A stretch of DNA of 63,039 nt, filler included, from Octopus bimaculoides (Eukaryota): the NCBI RefSeq assembly GCF_001194135.2. It is 4 parts of 4 records of this genome, joined end to end, with 100 filler letters (N's around TTAATTAATTAA, not from the genome) between each part and the next. Parts side by side here need not be neighbours in the genome. Positions count along the whole stretch, not along the records: positions 8,429 to 33,253 come from NC_068996.1; 3 more parts are not named here. The stretch is one strand, 5' to 3'. The notes beneath the pieces were generated by a model that searched no databases, had not been told where the DNA came from, and saw only the letters and a program-made list of their open reading frames with translations. Shown here in pieces: positions 11,960-25,425 of this stretch. Numbering within the stretch: the first letter of the stretch is position 1; the number at the start of each line of letters is the position of its first letter. Both the position numbers and the translations under genes were made by a program.

Positions 11960-14160
11960 CTGAAAAATAAGTCATAAGAAAGTATTAATTTACGTATACT
12001 TCACATCTTTTGATGGTGCGTAGTGTGGCCGTGTTAATATGTCGTAGAATAGTGTTGTGTGGTGTATAATTGTATCGAGATCTTTTGTATGGTAGTGTTG
12101 GCGTATGTTGCAAAGGTGTAGCGTTTGTATTTGGCGCACAGCAGAGTTGGTGTAGTGCGCGGTAGTATTTCATGTAGTGTATCATAGTATTTATATAGAG
12201 TACGAGAACGTTTGTTTGTGATGTGTGCTAAAGTTTGTCTTAATGTTTGTATGTTGCATGGTAGTATAGTGCATTGCATAATGATATCGAAGGTAACGTG
12301 TTCTTGTTGATGTGATGCATTATAGCGTGACAGTGTGGTGTGTGATAAGGTTGATATGCAGTGTACGAGGGGGTGCTGAAAGGTTTCTGGCTTTAAAATT
12401 GTCGCGAAAGGCCTTGTTCGAGGTTCAAGTTTCCGAGTTCTTTTGTAGGTCTAAGAAAAACTGAAGAACTGCTGCAATAAGTATGTGAATATGAGAGGGG
12501 AATATATTGAATAAAATCATAATTAACTGATCCTCCTGTATTTTCTTTTACCCAAAGCCAGGAAAATTTTAGCACCGCCTCTTATATTAATGTCGGTGTT
12601 TTTTTTTTCTCTCATATAAATAATCGTGATAATCCGAAATATCCTTCAAAATATCCCCGGCCCGGCTCTCTTAAGAAAGAAAGACTACGATAGACTATGT
12701 ATTAAGCACAAGATGGCATGGTCTCTGCTGGATTGTCTTTGGACAAACATATTCCCGCTTTGAACAAACATTTAAGCAAATAGACAAACAAGAGAACGTT
12801 CATACGTTCATCGAACATGTTAAAGAGGCAGTGTAATTTACTTTTCAGTTTGAACTTTTAAATGTATCGTTTTATGACCATGTCACAATGTCAAAGCTCT
12901 AGTATTTGTTTCAAAGTCTGGCACATGATCAGCAAGCTCATCGAAGGGTGCAAATCGATTATATCGGCCCCAGTGTTCAAATGGTGCTTATTTTATCGAT
13001 TCTGAAAAATTGAAAGGCAAATTTGACCTCGGTAAAATTTGATCTCCGAACGTAACGGCTGAATTACCGCAAAGTATTTTATCCTGTGTGCTAATGATTC
13101 TGTCAGCTCGCCGCCTTACATTCAAAACTCTAATATAGACATTCTTTGAATTGTGTATGATTAATATATATTTATTAATTCCTCTTCAAATAAAAGTAAA
13201 AACCGAATAAATTGGTTGTACAACAGTCGACCAACTGAAGGGTCAGCAGTTTTTACTCTATCACGGGAAGTGAGATGCGTCAGTAGTCCTGGATCCAATA
13301 ACTTCAAACTGCAAGATATGCGATTGGGGAAGCATCATATACTTATTAAGACTTCTAAGAATGATTGTTTAAAATCCCACTCATAGATCATTCAATTAAT
13401 CTTGATAGTTATCCAACTATCCTGATAAAGAATCCATTAAACAATGTGGCTCCTGATATACAAAAGGACGGCTGTGGTCATTATCCTTTATAAAGGTTGA
13501 CTTCTTGTCTCTCTCTCATTTCTCTTTCATCTCATTCTTTCTTCATGTATGTATATAGAGCAAGATATAAGTTAGAGGTTATGCAACCATCTAAGGGACA
13601 GATGTATCCTTAAGCATTCCTGGTGTATTACCTCAGTATGTATGGTCCTCGCTATAAGGTATACGGTAGTAGGTAATTTAAAGGTAAAACCATGGTTTAA
13701 AATATATACAGAAGATAAGAAACGGAGCAATAATTAACAATGAGAAGTGAATCATTGGTGCTTAAAAGTCATTGTTTAACTGAATTTAGAACCATTTATA
13801 GCTGTTTCTGTTTATCAAATCGGAGTTAGTGGACTGTCCCCATTTACTGCCACACGCATCTAATGAAGGAATCTACTAACACATGGGAATATACAAATCA
13901 CCAAAATATAAGCCTATAAACTTAACGAACTTTTTTTCTTCTTTTTCTTTTTCTTTGCCTTTCTATTCTCTCTAATCATTCTGAAGATGTTTATTAAATA
14001 TAGCGAGATAAATGTAAATTTACTCCGATTTGATAAACAGAAACAGCTGTAAATGGTTCCAAATACAATTAAACAATGACTTTTAAACACCAATGATCCA
14101 CTTCTCATTGTTAATTATTGCTCCATTTCTTATCTTCTCTGTATGTATGTATATAGATAA

Positions 14161-14251
<91 letters not shown>

Positions 14252-15526
14252 GGTAGGTAGGGTAGGTAGATTGATAGACAGGTAGATAAGTAGATAGATA
14301 GATAGAGAGAGAGAGATAGACAGACATAACATACATTCCACTCCCTATCTTTCGTCCCTTCCCCCTTCTCTTCACTTCCTTTGTTTCTTTCCCACATTCT
14401 CTCTCTTGTCCCCCTTCTTCTCTGCCTCTTTACTCTCACGTGACTACAGGTCATTTCTCTCACCGGATCTTTTTAAAACGGGGGCCACATTTTTCATTAA
14501 TGTTTTACGTAGTGTTTTTGGTACCGAAAGACTTTCAAACTTCGTATACTTATCTATTTTGTGTTATAGCACAGAAAAATATTTTTGTATTCGAATTTAT
14601 TTCATGTAAAAAATTGTCTTATTTCGATAATTTCAACCAATCACTGACGTCCATTCAGCCGATATACATTAAGTGCCGACTACATAAACAAACGATTCTT
14701 CGTTTTATTTGCTTTTTTCATTTTAAATTTGCTTTAACCCTAACCCTAACCCTAACCCTAACCCTAGGGTTAGGGTTAGGGTTAATTGTTTCAGAATCGT
14801 TTGTTTATGTTGTCGGCACTTAATGTATATCGGCTGAATGGACGTCAGTGATTGGTTGAAATTACAGAAATACGACAACTTTAACATGGAATAATTTATG
14901 GATTTTTTTTTTTTTAAGAAGACTACGAGAAAAAGATGTTTTATATGACACATTCTACCAGTGTTCCAAGTTTCAAAGTGTTTCGTTAATGAAAAATGTG
15001 GCCCCCGTTTTAAAAAAGATCCCTCTCACCTCTGTCTTTTCTGGACGCCACGTCCATATAGATAGACGTCATTTTTCTCGCCTCCCAACATTTTTTCTCT
15101 CCGTTTTTCTCTTCTTCTATTTTATTCTCTTCTATTAATTCTATATTAACTTTCAAAATTTCTCCCCGGCGTTACCCATAACAATTCGCCTTGGCCTAAA
15201 GTTTGCTTACTCTGTACGTCCATTCTGTAGTTGATTGTTCGTTCGAAGCTCTAGCTCTCCACAAATTTTATATTTTTAAAATTTCTGGATGCTGCTATTT
15301 TATGAAGTGTTCCTATCTTGTCATTAAAAGCACGAAATAGAAAGTAATTAACAGTCGACAACTGAGGAGGTGTTAGACTTCTTTTGGCATTTTGTCTCGT
15401 ACTTGTCTCTCATTATGGGTTTACGTATTTTTCATTCATTGGTGATGTCCTGTTCTTATTCTATTTTATATTTATTTATAATCGAACACCACGCAGCCTT
15501 GTCCACAGTAAGTTTTTATTTCCATT

Positions 15527-15557
<31 letters not shown>

Positions 15558-18070
15558 ATAGCTAATCATGAGGGATTATCAATCAGGGTAAAACACGTTA
15601 TAAGCTCTCTGCTGGCATACGAGGCTAACAATATTATTTAGATTAATGAAGAAATCCAGGTATTCTTAAGGCAGTGTCCAAGGTTATGGTTCATCAGAAT
15701 TCTATATTGTTAATCCGTGGATGGGCTCCAGACAAACTTTTTTAACACAGAGTGTATAATGCAAGTAGAATATTAAAATCTTAGATGGACTATGTGTATA
15801 AATGGCCCAAATCAAATTTCAGCACGGCAGTTGGAGAATATCTAACATATAAACAACGCTAATATGGTAATGTGTGTTGACCTGACAACAGACACCAATA
15901 CTCTTGCTTCTATTAAGCGACCCTTTTCTCTGTCCTTCCTTTTCTTCTCTTCACTTTGTAACCTTTCTTCTTTTCTCTATTCTACTTGCATCTTTCCATC
16001 TTTTTCTCCCTCCCCCATACACTCACCATTCCTCCAGTGCTCTGCTTGATATAACCAGAAATGGCTCTGACAAAAGTAGTATTAATTTTTTTAGGTCGTT
16101 CAATTTGTCTCAATTGATCAATGGACCAATTGAGTAAACTTATCAGAAATGTACCTATAATGACTACTGGAAACAGTTATAAGCCAAATTTGATCCAATA
16201 TAGGAAAATATATATATATATATATAACATAAAACATATATTTATATTTATATTTACGCCCTTTGCATGTCATTCCAGAGATTGTCACCATTCAGAAGTA
16301 CTTTAGTGCATTAATTTAGTTTCTTTAGTACTTCTTTTTTCATTGTAAGACTTTCCTCAAATTACCACTGTGATTTGAGGCATAAGGCGGGTAATATAAT
16401 GTGAATATTACTACATTTAAGTTGTGTTAAATACACTATGAGTGTATCCCAGACCAAATTTGGAAAGTGACAACACGGATGGTGGTGTGACATATTCACG
16501 TATGTACGATTCAAATCCACCGCGACTTCTATCTCTTCTGTCTATATGGAATGCAGTATAGACATTGGATTATGTATCTCTGCACCATTTATAACTGCAG
16601 TGATATGTATCTCTGTTAGTGCAATGATTGATTGCATGCAGAAAAATCCTTCAGGTAAGCAGTTTTTCATTCGTTGTTTTGTAAGAGCCGCTGATATCTG
16701 TCATCAGTATTCGTGTGATCGTCGGTTTGGCGACAATTGTGCTCATCTTACGTGTATTATTTATGGCAATCTTGTGTGTTTATGTGCATGGTTTAGTTTC
16801 GCTTGCAACAATGCCAGTTGCTGTACCATATTTTGCGTTACAGTTAAAAAAAGTTGCTGTTCCATTGTTGTAGCTCGTGCTGCATCTGCATACAGTTTTA
16901 TGGTGGTCTTCTTTACTATAGTTGCGAATTGTTATATGAATCATTTCAGTCGTGATTTTATTCTATCTTATTGGCTAAGTGAAGAGTTGTTTTTGCCATG
17001 GGTTCATTTCTGCCTGAGTTCTGGATTCGCAAAGCGGTAGTTCGTCCCCATATTGCCATACCAACAATCATCTTTCACATAGAATTTACTGATGGTGCGT
17101 GCTTGACGTACCATTTTCTCGTTTCTTTTGCTGTTTCCTTCTGTGGCTTTCTTTTAAACTTTGAACTCGGCTTCATCAATCTTTTATATGATTCCCTTTC
17201 CTTCGCTGTTTGAAAGATGATGTTGAGGCTGCTTCTCTTAAGCACTTTCAAATTCATTTTTGTTTTTCTATCAATTTTTACTCTCCAAGAATATGACTAT
17301 CCACATTATTGTTGTTTTCCTTCTTGGGTTTCCCACTTGGGGCTTCAACATTGGTACTCTTCTGTGGGTCAGGCGCTTCACTTGGAGATTCACAATGTTT
17401 AAAAATAGCACCCAGTTTATCCATCTGTGACCTGATGAGTACATAGGAGCGGACAGATTCAGTCTTTTTCCGCTTTATTTGTGTCACGGATCCATTACTT
17501 TTCAATGCTGCCGCCATGAGGCTGTTGAGTGAATCATTTCTGGCTTTTAGCCCAAGCTCTGCGGAACAATTCTATTTCGGTAATCTTCTTTCTCCACATC
17601 TTCGCCGCGCATTTTACTTCCTACTTTGTGGTGTGTGACTCTGTGTGCGTATATGTGTGTGTGCGATATGTTTGTGGGTGGAGAGAGAGAGACAAAGAGG
17701 GGGAGAGAGAGGGAAGAAAGAGAAATGATTAGAATATGAGAGGAGTGAGAGAAAAAGAGAGAGGAGGAGAGCTGTGAGTTAGCGGACAGTGGAAAGNNNN
17801 NNNNNNNNNNNNNNNNNNNNNNNNNNNNNNNNNNNNNNNNNNNNNNNNNNNNNNNNNNNNNNNNNNNNNNNNNNNNNNNNNNNNTATATATTGGGTTGGC
17901 AAGAAATTTTTTAGTCTCAAATACGAGTAATTTTTTCATACAAAAAATGAACTTGAATCAAGTTGTATATTTTCCATTTTGTTCGGTGACCTTTTGCCAT
18001 CTTTCTGGCAACTTCATGTATATACACACACACACACAGACACACGCACATGTATATACACATATATATG

Positions 18071-18110
<40 letters not shown>

Positions 18111-19940
18111 GCCCGGATGCAGAACCCGGCAGTGGCTCTCATGGCTTCTGATCATAACTGATTGGAAGTGTTATCTTGTACATTGTTTTGTCTTGGTATA
18201 AAAGATGGACTGCAGCAAATATTCTGCTCAATACCACAGATTTGCTTGTCAATCGTTTGACCTTAACCAGTTGAGCATGTCCCTTGGTGGCTGACGATAT
18301 GTGCATCTCTGATCAGGAGCAGGAGTTGTTTTGTTCAACATCCTTAAACAAACCTTATTCAGGGACCTTTTGAGCAGGATGGGCTACTCGACCTAAAGAA
18401 AATTCTAACTGGGCCCCACCTGCGAGGTCATGCGCTGTTTATCTTTATATGAGATCACCATGGCGCGCACATATGGTTGTGATGTATGTGCCTGGTGTAC
18501 CATTATCAGACGGGTAGTCATGATGGGTATATTGGGCTTCGTATATTTTACCCCAGTGTCACTTTGATGGCATGCATTGCTCTCTCACTCAGTAATAATG
18601 ATGATGATGATGGTGATGATGAGGATGAGGATGATGACGACGACGACGACGACGATGACGATGATGACGATAAGCAAATGGGAGGCACACGGGCACGACA
18701 AGATCCACAACTTCCGGTTGAAATATCTAACCGGAACACATAAAAAACTGGCTGAGAAATTTATTCACATACTAGCAGAGCCAGAGACAATAACTGAATG
18801 GCTCACGAAAGGGAAAACTATCCAAATTTTTAAATCCACTAAAGTGGCAAACCTCCAAAATTACAGACCAATACATTGTCTCCCTACAATTTACAAAGCC
18901 TTTATTGCAATAATATCGCAGAGATTGAACAAGCATCTGGAAGAAAACAACCTGTTTCCAGAAGAGCAGAAGGGATGCTGCAAGGGCTCATATGGCTGTA
19001 AAGATCAATTATTGATCAATAAAGTCATAACTGAAGACAGCCGCAGAAAGAAGAAAGGCCTCAGTATGGCCTGGGTGGACTACCAAAAGGCTTTCGACAG
19101 TGTTCCCCACACGTGGATTCTGGAATCACTAGCCATAAACAAGGTGGCACCAATTATTATAAAATACATAAGGCACTCTATGAACAAATGGCAGACAGTG
19201 CTACAGCTCCAAACAAAAGAGGGACTTGNNNNNNNNNNNNNNNNNNNNNNNNNNNNNNNNNNNNNNNNNNNNNNNNNNNNNNNNNNNNNNNNNNNNNNNN
19301 NNNNNNNNNNNNNNNNNNNNNNNNNNNNNNNNNNNNNNNNNNNNNNNNNNNNNNNNNNNNNNNNNNNNNNNNNNNNNNNNNNNNNNNNNNNNNNNNNNNN
19401 NNNNNNNNNNNNNNNNNNNNNNNNNNNNNNNNNNNNNNNNNNNNNNNNNNNNNNNNNNNNNNNNNNNNNNNNNNNNNNNNNNNNNNNNNNNNNNNNNNNN
19501 NNNNNNNNNNNNNNNNNNNNNNNNNNNNNNNNNNNNNNNNNNNNNNNNNNNNNNNNNNNNNNNNNNNNNNNNNNNNNNNNNNNNNNNNNNNNNNNNNNNN
19601 NNNTGATAAAGAGCTGGAAACACTACTACAGACAGTACATGGCTTTACCAAGGAAATAGATTTGAAATTCGGATTAGAAAAATGTGCCAAAGCAATCATG
19701 AAAAGAGGAAAATTAGTTAAAAGTAGCAACATCACACTAGATAAAGCCAATGAAATAAGAGAACTAGACGAAAGCCAGCCATGCAAATATTTAGGAGTCA
19801 ATGAACTAGATAGGATACAACACACACAAATGAAAGAAAAATTTTTTTTAAATGCTATAGAATACCTCAGCACATACCCAAGACGCACAGTGCTGCTCTC
19901 GGTAGTGCAATGAAAGCACGTGATGAAAATACGACTACTA

Positions 19941-19988
<48 letters not shown>

Positions 19989-20782
19989 GATAATAATAAT
20001 AATAATGATGATGATGATGATGATATTTAATATAATAATACGATAAAATTTTCATATTTATATAATTAGATATGAAAAAATGACGCAATGATATATAATT
20101 TAATAACATAACTTAACATGATGTAATATCACCATATAACATGATAATATAATATAATTCTGTAATATAATATAATTAGATATATAAATAATAATAATAT
20201 CAAAATATCAAAATAGTAATAATATCAAAAAATTATGCCATAATATTGTAATACCATAACAGATTATCAAATAATATTATATCACATTATAATATAATAT
20301 ATTTCACAGAATATGTCATATTATAGCAAATTGTATCGTGCAATATTATATATTATATGATATAATAAAATACTAATAATATAATGGGGTGATCACAATA
20401 TTGTAATCCAATATATACATCAATGTAAAAATATAATGCAGAAATTTGGCCATAACTATTTAATCATAACTATAATATCATGTAACATAATTGAATATCA
20501 TAATTTAATACAACACAAACTTCAATGTTGGAAACTTCGGCTGTGTAATGATTGATATAAATTTGAGTCGATTTCTATACATTATTGCGTTTAAAGAAAT
20601 TAAGATGAAAGAAAGTTCCTCAATAGTATAGACATTACAATAACAAAACATTATTACCTTGTGGTGCTAAAGTTCAATGATTTAACAGTATTCACAATTT
20701 TATAGGATATGTTGTTTTTCCGCCATTTGTAATTATCTGCATAAATCAGAAACGAAATTATATATTATATTAGTAATAAAAG

Positions 20783-20821
<39 letters not shown>

Positions 20822-21384
20822 GGATGACCCTTCTACTTTAGGCACAAGGCATTAAATTTGGGGGTGGGGGTTAGTGGATTACATCAACTCCAGTACTTGA
20901 CTGGTACTTTATCAATTCCGAAAGGATGAAAGGCAAAGTCAACAACGGCGGAATTTGGATTCAGAACGTACGGACAGGCGAAATGCCAGTAAGCAATTTG
21001 CTCGGCGTACTAACGAGCTCACCACCTAATTCCTTCTATTGAAGACACTGGGCCTGAATACTACAGTTTGAAGAAACTGGGCAACTACGACGATTTGAAG
21101 TGGGAAATACGAAGGTTGTGGTCAATGAAGAGAGTAGACGTGATACCAATAGTAAATGGCGCACTTGGAAGTATCAGCAATCAACTGCCAACATGACTGA
21201 AAAAGATTGATGCAAGTTTGAAGGTTGAACACCTAAAAAAAATCAGTATTGCTTGGAACTGCAAGAATTCTTCGCAAGGTTCTTGAAGCTTGACCAGTAA
21301 ACAAGTGTCACCTTAGTCTACCTAGTTGCGGAAAGCTGACACTCTCCATCATACCCAGCAAAATAAGCTGTGAGTTTTAATACA

Positions 21385-21453
<69 letters not shown>

Positions 21454-22186
21454 GGATGGGCTGGAGTAATTATTTTGCTTAATACCACAGATTTGCTTGT
21501 CAGTTGCTTGACCTTAACCAGTTGAGCATGTCCCTTGGTAGCTGACGATATGTGCATCTCTGATCACGAGCAGAAGTAGTGGGGAAGCATCATAGTCATG
21601 TGTTGAGAAGAATTCTTTTGGGGTTTGAATAATTCACCTTTGGAAACATGGGTGTTTTGCTCAACATCCTTAAACAACCCTTATTCAGGGACATTTTGAG
21701 CGGGATGGGCCACTCGATCTGAAGAAAATTCTAACTGGGTACCAGCTGCAAGACCATGCGCTGTTTATCTTGATATGAGATTATAATGTCTTGCACATAT
21801 GGTTGGGATGCATGTGCCTGGTGTACCCTTATCAGACAAGGACAAGGATGCCATTGTTCTCAAGAAAAATTTGATCGGCGACGAAGATCAATTAAACAGC
21901 TTAGTCCGTAAAACATTCAAAGCAGAGAATAAACACAGTTTGCCTTTGGTGACAATGCCACCTCTGGGGATTATTGACTTGGGATAAACCTTGTCGACAT
22001 CCTGGCATTGCCTACGTACGGAATTATGTCGAATAGATATCGTGTTGTGTGAGATGGATATGGATATTAGCCAAGTCTATCATTTAGATCATTCCATTAC
22101 TTTCTTTGTATTGGCTACGGAGAAACAAATTGTATAGCAGAAAAAATTGAAAGGGCCGCCTTTGTGGAAAATAAAAGTAGTAGTAA

Positions 22187-22240
<54 letters not shown>

Positions 22241-23353
22241 CAGCAGTAATAGTAGTTAATCTACTTACGATTAATTTGAAAATTGAATACAGTTTTCCCG
22301 TTGAACATATCAGGCACACCACACCTTGGAGATCTCATCTGTTCCAAAGTCTCAGTGTTAAATTCACCGGTCACATTCAAGTTTGCGAATTCCTGGAACT
22401 TCCTATCAAAAATAAATGAGATTTTACTGAGTATCATATATTGGCCAATTGACTGTCCCTCAACATATCGCATTTATATCGTGGAAGAGTCATGGTAGTC
22501 ATTGGAAACATATATTGTCATCTTAATGTTTGATTACGAAATACTATTAACATCATTTGATGTACTTTTTAATATGAACACTGATAATATTCAACTTTGT
22601 AATGAAGATCACTTTGAAAGATTAAGCCTGTCAAATCGTCACCAGTATTTATTTTAAACCTTGGACTTATCCTACCGGACTCTTTTGTGCTGAGCAGTTA
22701 ATTTACTGTAACGTAAACTATCCAAAACTGATTGTCCAACGGTGTTAACATAGTCACAACATAGAAACAAGTACATACACACACATACGAGCGGTCTCTA
22801 TACATTCTCCGTTCAATCACAGGCATTGATCGATCTTTGGCTATAGGAGAAGATACTGTGCTTCTTATGCTTCTCTCCCGCTCTCCTGTCTCTTTCTCAT
22901 TAAAATTTTGTAAATAATAGAGACTTTAGGAATCCAAGCGCTTACAGCCGTTAGCACTCATGTGAATACTGCCAAGAAGAGAGCAGCTGCGATTTATTTT
23001 CTGAGAAAGTACGTAATATTCTGGAATGCAAATAAGCTCTAATTAAATTACTTGCAAACATAAGCTTAATAAAACATTTTAAAATTCGGTTTACCCAATT
23101 TACTGACGGTATAGGCATATATAAGTAAAAACATGTATATTTATGTAACTGGGTGAAAGTTGAGTGCGGTTATTTGTTGCAAACTATTATCTCCCAATCA
23201 TAATCTAGTTGATAACATTTGACTTTGTTATATACTTTAACTTTTGGATGAAATATTGTGTTTTCTTCCCCTTTTATGCAAACTATCAAATTTAGCCTGA
23301 ATACCCTATAAATAAACAACCAAACAGATAGACAGATGGATAGTTAGATAGAT

Positions 23354-23390
<37 letters not shown>

Positions 23391-25356
23391 NNNNNNNNNN
23401 NNNNNNNNNNNNNNNNNNNNNNNNNNNNNNNNNNNNNNNNNNNNNNNNNNNNNNNNNNNNNNNNNNNNNNNNNNNNNNNNNNNNNNNNNNNNNNNNNNNN
23501 NNNNNNNNNNNNNNNNNNNNNNNNNNNNNNNNNNNNNNNNNNNNNNNNNNNNNNNNNNNNNNNNNNNNNNNNNNNNNNNNNNNNNNNNNNNNNNNNNNNN
23601 NNNNNNNNNNNNNNNNNNNNNNNNNNNNNNNNNNNNNNNNNNNNNNNNNNNNNNNNNNNNNNNNNNNNNNNNNNNNNNNNNNNNNNNNNNNNNNNNNNNN
23701 NNNNNNNNNNNNNNNNNNNNNNNNNNNNNNNNNNNNNNNNNNNNNNNNNNNNNNNNNNNNNNNNNNNNNNNNNNNNNNNNNNNNNNNNNNNNNNNNNNNN
23801 NNNNNNNNNNNNNNNNNNNNNNNNNNNNNNNNNNNNNNNNNNNNNNNNNNNNNNNNNNNNNNNNNNNNNNNNNNNNNNNNNNNNNNNNNNNNNNNNNNNN
23901 NNNNNNNNNNNNNNNNNNNNNNNNNNNNNNNNNNNNNNNNNNNNNNNNNNNNNNNNNNNNNNNNNNNNNNNNNNNNNNNNNNNNNNNNNNNNNNNNNNNN
24001 NNNNNNNNNNNNATATATATATATATATATATATATATGCATATATATGTACATTATTTATATTTTATATAAATATATATATATATATATATTTATATAA
24101 AATATAAATAATGTACATATATATGCATATATACACACATACGTGTATATGCCTACATATATATGAATATATATACATGCGTATATGGGTACAGGGCGTC
24201 AAAAAAACGTGAACAAAATGAGAAACGAAAACATAAAAAACAAAAGCATGAAAACGAACTTTTTTTTTTCGAACACCGAAAGAAACAAACAGAAAAACGA
24301 GACCATTAGATAAAACAGGGGACAACTGATGAAGAGATTGTTCTTTATGTTGCATGTCTTGTTTCTCTCTTTGTTTTGTTTTTATTTTTTCATTGTTCGA
24401 AAAAAAAGTTCGTTTTCTATGTTTTTGTTTTTATGTTTTCGTTTCTCATTTTGTTCACGTTTTTTGATATCCTGTACCCATACATGCATGCATATATACA
24501 TATATATATATATATATGTAGGTATGTACATATATGTATGGATATATGCATATATTTATATATTATTTATATTATATGATCGAGCGCTACGCATCCATTT
24601 CCAAGTAAGTTTTATCTATCTATCTATATTTATCTATCTATCTATCTATCTATTTATATATATATANNNNNNNNNNNNNNNNNNNNNNNNNNNNNNNNNN
24701 NNNNNNNNNNNNNNNNNNNNNNNNNNNNNNNNNNNNNNNNNNNNNNNNNNNNNNNNNNNNNNNNNNNNNNNNNNNNNNNNNNNNNNNNNNNNNNNNNNNN
24801 NNNNNNNNNNNNNNNNNNNNNNNNNNNNNNNNNNNNNNNNNNNNNNNNNNNNNNNNNNNNNNNNNNNNNNNNNNNNNNNNNNNNNNNNNNNNNNNNNNNN
24901 NNNNNNNNNNNNNNNNNNNNNNNNNNNNNNNNNNNNNNNNNNNNNNNNNNNNNNNNNNNNNNNNNNNNNNNNNNNNNNNNNNNNNNNNNNNNNNNNNNNN
25001 NNNNNNNNNNNNNNNNNNNNNNNNNNNNNNNNNNNNNNNNNNNNNNNNNNNNNNNNNNNNNNNNNNNNNNNNNNNNNNNNNNNNNNNNNNNNNNNNNNNN
25101 NNNNNNNNNNNNNNNNNNNNNNNNNNNNNNNNNNNNNNNNNNNNNNNNNNNNNNNNNNNNNNNNNNNNNNNNNNNNNNNNNNNNNNNNNNNNNNNNNNNN
25201 NNNNNNNNNNNNNNNNNNNNNNNNNNNNNNNNNNNNNNNNNNNNNNNNNNNNNNNNNNNNNNNNNNNNNNNNNNNNNNNNNNNNNNNNNNNNNNNNNNNN
25301 NNNNNNNNNNNNNNNNNNNNNNNNNNNNNNNNNNNNNNNNNNNNNNNNNNNNNNNN

Positions 25357-25425
<69 letters not shown>

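Noticed and set aside
14738-14785. Telomere fusion scar
   Set aside because: Wrong polarity for an end-to-end fusion, and it lies inside a TSD-bounded MITE.
16028-16067. 40-nt AG/GT-bounded micro-exon candidate on the minus strand
   Set aside because: Not needed, since exons 20658 and 11959 join in frame; its 40-nt length would shift the frame, and it is not MMP-like.
22946-23020. Candidate for the missing MMP exon 2 (good acceptor and GTAAGC donor)
   Set aside because: The phase-0 frame hits a stop, and the other frames are not prodomain-like.
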